DNA of 64,000 bases from an uncultured Acidobacteriota bacterium (GCA_963698025.1 OY969112.1:1341242-1405241); one strand, 5' to 3'; shown: positions 17,632-25,035, counted from the first letter of the stretch. Translations and numbers: made by a program. Notes: generated by a model from the sequence alone, not told the origin.

Positions 17632-18738
17632 GTGCCAAAAAGAATTCTTATTCTTACCGAGGCGGACGATATTCATGCGATGGCCGTCATGGAGGCGCTT
17701 CTCCGAAAGGGCGCGGAGGTGACCTCATGGGCCACCTCGGACTTTCCCTCCCGATCGGATGAAAGCGTCCTATATCGCGCCAATGGAACAAAGAACCTGC
17801 GTATTCGCAGCGCCGAGCTCGATCTCGAGAATCCCGTCTTTGATGTCGTTTGGCGTCGTCGGCCTGCCTTTGTCCTTGATCCAGACGCGCTCCATCCCGC
17901 CGACCTGAAGTTCGCCGAGAGTGAGTGCGGCATGTTCCGGCGGTCGCTTCTACGCCTTATTGCTCCACGTGCATTTTGGGTAAATCCTCCTGACGGTGCC
18001 GCCCTCGCGGGAAGCAAGCTCCTTCAGCATGAGACGGCGCGAACGATCGGCTTAACTATGCCCGAAACCCTCTTCACGAACAGCCCTACCGAGATCCGCA
18101 ATTTTCTTGGGCGCGGCAGACAGGTCATCTATAAGCCTCTCTCCGGCGGCGGCTGGATGAATAAGGACAGTCGATTTTTCTCGTATACCGCTCTCCTCTC
18201 GGAAGCTGACCTGGTTACCGATGATGTCTTGCGACAAACTCCAGGCATTTTCCAGGAGCTCGTGCCCAAGGCGTACGAGCTCCGGGTCACCGTAATGGGC
18301 AAACACGTTCTTGCCGCAAGAGTGCTCTCGCAAGAGACCGAGAGAGGAAGACTTGATTGGAGGCAGTCCTACGACGAGCTGCAATTTAGGCCAGACAGCC
18401 TACCGCCTTCCGTTGAAGACCAGTGCCGCGCGCTCCTCGATGCGTTGGGACTGGTCTTTGGCTGCTTCGATTTCATCGTCACGCCGGAGGGCGAGCATGT
18501 CTTTCTTGAAGTGAATGAGATGGGACAATTTCTTTTCATCGAGCGATATTGCGGCCTGCCGCTCCTCGATGCGTTTTCCGAATTTTTACTCCAGGGAAGG
18601 GTGGACTTCGACTGGAGCGCCGATAGTGTCCAGGTGCGCTACGGGGACCCGGAGTTTGAAAGGGCCGCCCTTGCGCGTTGGGCTGCGTTTCAATCCTCCC
18701 ACTGCTCGGTTCCCGAATCTCTTGCCGATGAGGCTTGA
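17632..18738 (+). CDS. ATP-grasp ribosomal peptide maturase (MdnB/MdnC, MvdC/D-like)
   Basis: GTG start preceded by AGGGAG. The N-terminus ILILTEADDIHAMAVMEAL and the VVWRRRP segment resemble microviridin-type ATP-grasp ligases. It has an ATP-grasp fold layout; 368 aa. Confidence 0.8.
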   Translation: MPKRILILTEADDIHAMAVMEALLRKGAEVTSWATSDFPSRSDESVLYRANGTKNLRIRSAELDLENPVFDVVWRRRPAFVLDPDALHPADLKFAESECGMFRRSLLRLIAPRAFWVNPPDGAALAGSKLLQHETARTIGLTMPETLFTNSPTEIRNFLGRGRQVIYKPLSGGGWMNKDSRFFSYTALLSEADLVTDDVLRQTPGIFQELVPKAYELRVTVMGKHVLAARVLSQETERGRLDWRQSYDELQFRPDSLPPSVEDQCRALLDALGLVFGCFDFIVTPEGEHVFLEVNEMGQFLFIERYCGLPLLDAFSEFLLQGRVDFDWSADSVQVRYGDPEFERAALARWAAFQSSHCSVPESLADEA

Positions 18739-18798
18739 ACGAAGACCGACCGGGTGTCCGTAGTCAATCCAGCAATCGTCGGATCGATCCTTCAGCCA

Positions 18799-20265
18799 TT
18801 AGGTTCCTTTGCCAGCGGGAGGGACCGAGCGCCTAACCTTCTCGATCTCGGCTACGACCTGCCGTGCCAGTCCAGCGGTTGCGTTCTCCTCGCGGGCGGC
18901 GTCAAAGAAGAGCCTCAGCGCGGCCAGGGCTTCGCGGTGAACCCCTTTAGCCTTGAAAATCCATCCCATGGCGACCGCCAGCTCCTTCACCTCCACCGTG
19001 CGTCCGGCCTCCAGCCAGAGCACGGCCAACTCGAGCGAGGAGAGCGCCGCGTCATAGGCAAGCTCGCGGGCCGTAAAGTCCCTCCGCACCTGCTCCAGGC
19101 CGGCGATCGCCACCTCGAATCGACCCTCTCCTGCTGCGATCCTGGATTCCAGCCAGATCACGCGCGTGAGGTCCAGCTCGTTGCCCTGCTGGACGGCCCA
19201 CTCACGCACCTTGGGCATCAGCTCCGCAGCCTCCGCGTGGCGCGAGAGGAGATAGAGGTTGTTCGCAGTATCGAAACGGAGGCAAAGGATGAGGCGCGGG
19301 TCGCCCGAATCTTCAACGAAAGGAGCTGCCTCCGTTAAGGCCGCTAGAGCGTTCTCGGAGTCGCCCATCTGTTCAAAGACATTGCCCATTTTCAGGAGGA
19401 TACGCGCCGACGCCTCCTGATGATCTCGACTGGCTGCGCGGGCTCGATCGAGCAGTTCAAGGGCCGCCAAAAACCGGAGTTGGGCGCGCCGCAGGGAAGC
19501 TTCGAGAGAGAACAGGTGCCACTCGGCGAGTAGCTCGGGGTGGGAGTCGGCTCCGGCCCGCCAGAGATCCCAAGCTTGGACGAACGCCTTTTCGGCGCCG
19601 CCAAGGTCGTTGGCGACCCGCCGGGCGTTAGCGAGGTATGCCCAGCAATATCCCTTCAAGCGCGAGCGCCAGCTCTCCTCCCCCTGAACCTGCTCTGCGA
19701 TGGAGAGAGCGAGCCCGGCAAGCTCCAAAGCCTCCGCGGCGTTGTGGGCTGCCCGCTTTACGCTCGCCAAACACACCTGGACGGCAAGGGCCCAATTCCC
19801 GGAGCGGGGAGAGAGCTGGATGAGCCGGCTACGAAACCGGACCGGGTGCCGTTCGAGGGCTTCCCAGACCTTTGCCGCTTCCCGGAGCTCTTGATCCGAA
19901 GAAGGCCGGGGCATCTCCGCGGTGTGGGTTTCATTCAAATAGGCTGTCACCGCCAGGAGAACCGGTTCCAGGATTGCGAGGTCGAGCGCGCTGCCGGCCG
20001 GGGCCGCATTAGGCCGAGCCGCCGAGGCGAGGACCGAAGTGTAGGACTGGCGGAGATGGACGACCAGGGGCCATGCGATCCGCGCGACCTTCGCCATGCG
20101 CCGCAGGGCTTCTTCGGAGGGTGCAAGGTGGCCCAACTCGTAGCGGGAGACTTCGGCCTGATTGACTCTCGACGCCTTCCCAAATTGCGCCTGGGTCATC
20201 TGGGCATGGGATCGCAAAAAGATCACCACCTGCCTCAGAACCGCCGGATCACCCCGCTTCGCCAT
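18799..20265 (-). CDS. XRE-family HTH plus TPR-repeat regulator (paralog 1)
   Basis: An N-terminal HTH (MTQAQFGKASRVNQAEVSRYELG) and a long TPR-like helical repeat C-terminal region. The C-terminal ~290 aa are near-identical to the 20678-22180 product. Confidence 0.8.
   Translation of the reverse strand: MAKRGDPAVLRQVVIFLRSHAQMTQAQFGKASRVNQAEVSRYELGHLAPSEEALRRMAKVARIAWPLVVHLRQSYTSVLASAARPNAAPAGSALDLAILEPVLLAVTAYLNETHTAEMPRPSSDQELREAAKVWEALERHPVRFRSRLIQLSPRSGNWALAVQVCLASVKRAAHNAAEALELAGLALSIAEQVQGEESWRSRLKGYCWAYLANARRVANDLGGAEKAFVQAWDLWRAGADSHPELLAEWHLFSLEASLRRAQLRFLAALELLDRARAASRDHQEASARILLKMGNVFEQMGDSENALAALTEAAPFVEDSGDPRLILCLRFDTANNLYLLSRHAEAAELMPKVREWAVQQGNELDLTRVIWLESRIAAGEGRFEVAIAGLEQVRRDFTARELAYDAALSSLELAVLWLEAGRTVEVKELAVAMGWIFKAKGVHREALAALRLFFDAAREENATAGLARQVVAEIEKVRRSVPPAGKGT
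18827..19680. repeat. Copy A of a ~0.85-kb direct repeat (3' halves of the two HTH-TPR genes)
   Basis: Collinear with 20715-21568 at a constant offset of 1888 bp at both checked ends. About nine in ten positions are identical by eye. Confidence 0.85.
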
Positions 20266-20375
20266 CCTTTACCCCCCGAGATGGACATAGGTCATGTGGA
20301 TTTGGTCCACTTTCCCTGGAGAGCCGCCCCCACGGCCAAGGAGGCCGCGGTGGAGCGCCCTCCAAGGGAGCCGCC

Positions 20376-20672
20376 ATGCTCACCGTCTCGCTGCGTCGCA
20401 AAACCCACTTCCTCCTTCTAGTCGCGGTCATGGTCGCCACTCCATGGGCCTCAGCTGCCAGCACAAATCCCAGCCCACGGTCAGTGCAAGCCGTGGAACC
20501 GGCCTCGCTGGAGCTCTTCAGTCGCATCTGGGATTTCTTCCGAAGCGCCGGCAGCAAGGCAGGCTGCCGCATCGACCCGAACGGCCTCTGCGCCGACCGA
20601 CCAGATCAGAACCCTCCCCCTCTGACGAAAGAAGGTTGCCGCCTCGACCCGGACGGCCGCTGCCTTTTCTAG
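20376..20672 (+). CDS. Small secreted peptide (98 aa) with two GCR[IL]DP[ND]G[LR]C repeats
   Basis: A good RBS (AAGGGAG, 5-nt spacer), a Sec signal peptide with ASA|AS, high-G+C third-position codon bias, and two 10-aa Cys-bounded repeats at 20562-20591 and 20634-20663. Confidence 0.6.
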   Translation: MLTVSLRRKTHFLLLVAVMVATPWASAASTNPSPRSVQAVEPASLELFSRIWDFFRSAGSKAGCRIDPNGLCADRPDQNPPPLTKEGCRLDPDGRCLF

Positions 20673-20677
20673 CCCCT

Positions 20678-22180
20678 TCACTCTCGGTCTCTCCCTTTGC
20701 TGGCAAGAGAGGCCGAGCGCCTCACCTTCTCGATCTCGGTTACGACCTGCCGTGCTAGCCCAGCGGTTGCGCTCTCCTGGCGGGCGGCGTGAGAGAAGAG
20801 CCTCAGCGCGGCCAGGGCTTCGCGGTGAATCCCCTCGGCCCTGAAGATCCAGCCCATGGCGACCGCCAGCTCCTTCACCTCCGCCGTCCGCCCGGCCTCC
20901 AACCAGAGCACGGCCAAGTCGAGGGAGGAGAGCGCCGCATCATAGGCAAGCTCGCGAGTCGTAAACTCCTTTCGCACCTGCTCCAGGCCGGCGATCGCTT
21001 CCTCGGTTCGACCCGCTCCCGCCGCGACCCTGGATTCCAACCAGACCACGCGGGTCAGGTCCAGCTCGTTGCCCTGCTGGACGGCCCACTCGCGCACCTT
21101 GGGCAGCAGCTCCGCAGCCTCCGCATAGCGCGAGAGAAGGTAGAGGTTGTTCGCGGTGTCAAAGCGGAGACAAAGGATGAGGCGCGGATTGCCCGAATCC
21201 TCGACGAAAGGAGCGGCCTGCCTCAAAGCTGCTAAAGCGTTCTCGGAGTCACCCATCTGTTCAAGAACATTGCCTTTTTTCAGTAGGATGCGCGCGGACG
21301 CCGCCTGATAATCTTGACTGGCTTCTCGGGCTCGATCGAGCAGCTTCAGAGCCGCTGAAAACCGATGTTGGGCTCGCCGAAGGGAAGCTTCGAGGGAGAG
21401 TAGGCGCCACTCGGCAAGCAGCCCGGGGTCCGAGCCGTTTCCTGCGCGCCAGAGGTCCCACGCTCGACCGAACGCCTCGTTGGCGCCGGCGAGGTCGTTG
21501 GCGACCCGGCGGGCGTTGGCCACGTGGGCCCAACAGTAGCCCTTGAGGCGCGAATGCCAGCTCTCCGCGTCCGGAATCCGCTCGGCGACCGACAGGGCGA
21601 GCTCCGCCAACTCCAGAGCCTCGTCGGGCCTGTTCACCGTTTGCTTCAGGCTCTCCTCGCAGAGTCGAGCGGCCAACGCCCAATTCCAGTAGTCGGGGAA
21701 CGCCTCGACCAGGGCGCTACGCTCCTTGCGGGTGCCAGCCATCAACCCGCGAAACAGCTCCTCGGCTTCCTGTCTGGCGGCTTCCGCCTTCTCCTGCTTC
21801 CCGCGGCGGATCAGCTCGCTCCGGACTTCCTCGGCAGCGACATGCCCTGCCGTCCAACCGGCGGCCATGGTGGCGCGGTCGATCGCCCGGTGCTCCTCCC
21901 GGGAGAGGGTGATCGGCGAGGAGGGCTCGTCAAGAGGCTCCTGGAAGATCAGACGGTGGGCGAAGAGGAGAACGTCCACGGCTTCCGAGGGATAGCCCAA
22001 AGGTTCGACGAGGGATTCCAGCTGCTCCCGGGTCAGCGGTTTGGCCCCCCGTTCATAATGCGAGATCAGGGATTCATCCGCGAGCCCCAGAGCGCGGGCC
22101 AGTCGACTCTTGGACCAAGCCGCCGCGGAGCGCAGGTAGGCCAGCGCGAGTCCGAAGGGCGAGAGGGGTCGTTCCAGCAA
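20678..22180 (-). CDS. XRE-family HTH plus TPR-repeat regulator (paralog 2)
   Basis: An N-terminal HTH (WSKSRLARALGLADESLISHYERG) and a TPR-like C-terminal region, paralogous to the 18799-20265 product. Confidence 0.8.
   Translation of the reverse strand: MLERPLSPFGLALAYLRSAAAWSKSRLARALGLADESLISHYERGAKPLTREQLESLVEPLGYPSEAVDVLLFAHRLIFQEPLDEPSSPITLSREEHRAIDRATMAAGWTAGHVAAEEVRSELIRRGKQEKAEAARQEAEELFRGLMAGTRKERSALVEAFPDYWNWALAARLCEESLKQTVNRPDEALELAELALSVAERIPDAESWHSRLKGYCWAHVANARRVANDLAGANEAFGRAWDLWRAGNGSDPGLLAEWRLLSLEASLRRAQHRFSAALKLLDRAREASQDYQAASARILLKKGNVLEQMGDSENALAALRQAAPFVEDSGNPRLILCLRFDTANNLYLLSRYAEAAELLPKVREWAVQQGNELDLTRVVWLESRVAAGAGRTEEAIAGLEQVRKEFTTRELAYDAALSSLDLAVLWLEAGRTAEVKELAVAMGWIFRAEGIHREALAALRLFSHAARQESATAGLARQVVTEIEKVRRSASLASKGRDRE
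20715..21568. repeat. Copy B of the ~0.85-kb direct repeat
   Basis: See 18827-19680. Confidence 0.85.
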
Positions 22181-22325
22181 TCCATGCCTCCTCGTGCAGA
22201 TGCCTACAAAGCTAGGTTGCCGCCAAGCCGCTTTCCGTGACAGGCGAACGCGACTTTTTTCTAGTTGACACGCGCTATGACCCTCTCACCATACCTCAAG
22301 AGATTCTAAGTTCCTTGGGCACGGG

Positions 22326-22583
22326 TTGGCGCAACTTCTCCTACCCTGCCTCTCCATGCAGATTCGATGTGAACGGGAAGCAGCTTTAGGCAGTCGATAC
22401 CATCCTCCTACAGACCAGTTGGAGCGCTTCCTGCGGGGTGAGCTTCCACGTCACGAAGTGCGCATCGTCGTTCGCCACCTTTTGACCCGCTGCGCGGAGT
22501 GCGTTTCGGTGACCCGCCGGGTCTTGGAGCTCGGGGACCGGGCACCCGTCGGCCTGGGAAGCCGGCAAAGGGGGGCACGGTGA
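22326..22583 (+). CDS. Small protein with zf-HC2-like (anti-sigma-type) motif
   Basis: LERFLRGELPRHEVRIVVRHLLTRCAECV fits the H-x3-C-x2-C putative zinc-finger of anti-sigma factors. No TM segment. The start is uncertain (TTG at 22326 or ATG at 22356). It is divergent from paralog 2. Confidence 0.4.
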   Translation: MAQLLLPCLSMQIRCEREAALGSRYHPPTDQLERFLRGELPRHEVRIVVRHLLTRCAECVSVTRRVLELGDRAPVGLGSRQRGAR

Positions 22584-22864
22584 CGGAGCCGCCGGAAATC
22601 CTTGTGGCCAAGGCGAGAGAGCAGGTTCGGAGGATCTTGGAGCACCTGGAGGAGATCCGTTGGCAGCTCCTCGGCATCACGCTCAGCCTCCCCGAGCCGG
22701 TGGCGGAGCAGGTCCGGCTTTTGGCCGTGGCCGATGAAATGGACGCGACGACCGAGTTGCGGACGGTCATCCATTGCGTCCTGGAGGACTGCATTCGTCC
22801 GGCGGTCGAGGATCTTCAGGGGGCCTTATCGAACAAGGTTTCGGAATCCGACCGTAGAGGGTGA
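22580..22864 (+). CDS. Hypothetical protein, translationally coupled to the preceding ORF
   Basis: The GTG start overlaps the upstream stop (GTGA). The 94-aa helical acidic protein has no recognisable family. Confidence 0.35.
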   Translation: MTEPPEILVAKAREQVRRILEHLEEIRWQLLGITLSLPEPVAEQVRLLAVADEMDATTELRTVIHCVLEDCIRPAVEDLQGALSNKVSESDRRG

Positions 22865-23092
22865 GCCCGCCGAGCATGAGACCGAAGTTTCCACCTGTGC
22901 TTGGGCCCGGGGTCTCAACAGAGAGGGCGCGCGGCGTCTACCCCACGCCTTGGGCGCTGACTCGGTTTGCGGTCCGCTCGCGAGGGAGGATGGGAGGGGC
23001 CGGGAGAAGAAGCCCGGGATGATGAGGGCCCCGCTTGCCATCCCGCCCCATAGAGTGTAGAAAGCCTCCGGCCCACCGCGGGCCGAACCCCT

Positions 23093-23869
23093 ATGCTCGA
23101 AATCTACCGCTATCGCGACCTCATCTTCGCCCTCGTGGCCCGGGAGCTGAAAGTGCGCTACCGGCGCTCGGCCATCGGCTTCACCTGGACCATGCTGCAG
23201 CCGCTGCTGATGATGCTGGTGCTCCAGGTGGTCTTCAACTCGCTGTTCAAGTTCAGGCTGCCCGAGGGGACCAACTATCCGGTCTACGCGCTCTCCGGCA
23301 TCCTGTTCTGGAACTTCTTCAGCCAGAGCATCCTCGCCTCGATGAACAGCCTGCGGGCGAACGCGGCCATCCTGCGCAAGCTGCCGGTGCCCAAGGAGGT
23401 CTTCCCGCTGGCGACCGTCATCTCCGGGGTCATCAACCTCCTCCTGGCGGTGGTGCCGCTGCTGCTCATCATGCTGATGACCGGCCAGCCGGTCGGGCCC
23501 TCGCTGCTGTTCCTGCCGGTCTCGATCCTGCTCGCCGCCCTGTTCACCCTCGGCGCCGGGCTGCTGCTCTCGCCGCTGTCGGTCTTCTTCACCGACGTCG
23601 TGGAGATGATCGGCGTGCTGCTCTCGATCCTCATGTACCTGACGCCGATCTTCTACCCGATGAAGATCCTGGAGAGCTCCCGCTACCTGCCGCTGGTGCG
23701 CTACAACCCGGTGCGGTCGATCCTCGAGGTCTTCCGCGATCCGATCTTCCTCGGCAAGGTCCCACCGCTGACCCATCTCGGCGTCTCCGCCGGCATCGCG
23801 CTGATGGCGCTCCTGATCGGCGGCTACGCCTTCCGGCGCAGCAGCGACCGCATCCCCTTCTACATCTGA
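23093..23869 (+). CDS. ABC-2 type exporter permease (Wzm/TagG/KpsM-like)
   Basis: A 258-aa protein with about 6 TM segments and the family-typical N-terminus YRDLIFALVARELKVRYRRSAIGFTWTMLQP. Confidence 0.85.
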   Translation: MLEIYRYRDLIFALVARELKVRYRRSAIGFTWTMLQPLLMMLVLQVVFNSLFKFRLPEGTNYPVYALSGILFWNFFSQSILASMNSLRANAAILRKLPVPKEVFPLATVISGVINLLLAVVPLLLIMLMTGQPVGPSLLFLPVSILLAALFTLGAGLLLSPLSVFFTDVVEMIGVLLSILMYLTPIFYPMKILESSRYLPLVRYNPVRSILEVFRDPIFLGKVPPLTHLGVSAGIALMALLIGGYAFRRSSDRIPFYI

Positions 23870-24651
23870 TGGAGGACCTCAGCATCCGCCTGGAGGCGGT
23901 CTCCCTCTGCTACCGGCTGGCCAAGCAGCGGGTCCCCTCCATCAAGGAATACGCCATCCACTTCCTGCGCGGGTCGCTCTCCTACGAGCAGCTGTGGGCG
24001 CTGCGCGACATCGACCTCACCGTGCGGCGCGGCGAGACGCTGGGGATCATCGGCCGCAACGGCGCCGGCAAGAGCACGATGCTCAAGGTGATCTCCAAGG
24101 TCCTCAAGCCCACGAAGGGGAACGCCCGGATCAGCGGCAGGGTGGCGCCCATCCTGGAGCTCGGCAGCGGCTTCGACTATGAGCTGACCGGCCTCGAGAA
24201 CGTCTACCTGAACGCCCTCCTGCTCGGCCACACCAAGCGGGATATCGCGGCGAAGGTCGACGAGATCGTCGACTTCAGCGGCCTCGGCGACTTCATCCGC
24301 TCGCCGCTGCGCAACTACTCCTCCGGCATGCAGGCCCGCCTCGGCTTCTCGATCGCCACCGCCTGGGTGCCGGACATCCTGATCCTCGACGAGGTGCTCT
24401 CGGTGGGGGACGCCACCTTCACCGGCCGCTGCGAGGAGCGCATCCAGAGCTTCCACGATTCCGGCGCGACCGTGCTCATCGTCTCCCACGCCGTCCAGGC
24501 CATCACCAAGAACTGCACGCGCTGCATCTGGCTCGACGACGGCCAGATGAAGGCGGACGGCAAGACCGAAGAGGTCGTCAATCTCTACCTGCGCGAGCAC
24601 GGCACCGAGCCCGGCCAGCACGCCGGCGGCCGGGCCCCCACCGCTCCCTGA
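23869..24651 (+). CDS. ABC exporter ATP-binding protein (Wzt/TagH/KpsT-like, no C-terminal glycan-binding domain)
   Basis: The ATG overlaps the permease stop by one base (TGATG; TGA at 23867-23869). It has Walker A GRNGAGKST, the signature YSSGMQARL, Walker B ILILDE and the TagH-like ILELGSGF motif. Confidence 0.9.
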   Translation: MEDLSIRLEAVSLCYRLAKQRVPSIKEYAIHFLRGSLSYEQLWALRDIDLTVRRGETLGIIGRNGAGKSTMLKVISKVLKPTKGNARISGRVAPILELGSGFDYELTGLENVYLNALLLGHTKRDIAAKVDEIVDFSGLGDFIRSPLRNYSSGMQARLGFSIATAWVPDILILDEVLSVGDATFTGRCEERIQSFHDSGATVLIVSHAVQAITKNCTRCIWLDDGQMKADGKTEEVVNLYLREHGTEPGQHAGGRAPTAP

Positions 24652-24715
24652 ATTTTTGCTGCGAGCTTTCCAGGGGCGCTCAGCGCCCTCGAATGGGCTG
24701 ATGCGTCCCCTTCAA

Positions 24716-24920
24716 GGGCTGATGCGTCCCCCATCAATTTTGCTGCGTCCCTCGGGATCGCCGTCTCCGCCCTCGAACGGGCGGGGCTGTCCCACGGAAT
24801 GGCTGCTGCGAAATCATGTTGACTCACAGCAAATCGCGAGAGGGCCGCTGCGTACCCTCCGAGGGCCGGGACGCCCCTCCTGGGGGACGCAGCAAAATTG
24901 ACGAGGGACGCATCAGCCCC
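24716..24920. repeat. ~205-bp element bounded by ~37-bp imperfect inverted repeats (MITE-like element or operator cluster)
   Basis: The left arm is gggctgatgcgtcccccatcaattttgctgcgtccc (24716-24751). The right arm is gggacgcagcaaaattgacgagggacgcatcagcccc (24884-24920). An extra direct copy of gggctgatgcgtcccc lies at 24695-24710. Confidence 0.7.
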
Positions 24921-25035
24921 AGAGGGGGCGGGCTCCGCCCGCAGAGATCCGGGCCCGCGCTCCGGCCTGTTCACATCGCCCCCTCCCTGTTATGATGCCA
25001 AAAACTTGTTACTCGCAGCATGCATGGAGGATCCC

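Noticed and set aside
20294-20758. The 154-aa ORF overlapping the secreted-peptide gene in another frame, and 20249-20572(-).
   Set aside because: They have no RBS or signal features and give Pro/Arg-rich translations. The 20376 frame has an RBS, a signal peptide and an internal repeat structure.
16115-22900. Looked for integrase, transposase, tRNA or flanking direct repeats that would define the low-G+C island as a mobile element.
   Set aside because: None was recognised by eye, so the region is reported only as a compositional island and not as a mobile element.
24585-24974. Track ORFs 24585-24974(-), 24656-24901(+) and the N-terminal extension 24898-25023 of the next gene.
   Set aside because: They run through the inverted and direct repeat array. 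They have no RBS and no family resemblance. A good RBS precedes the internal ATG at 25036.
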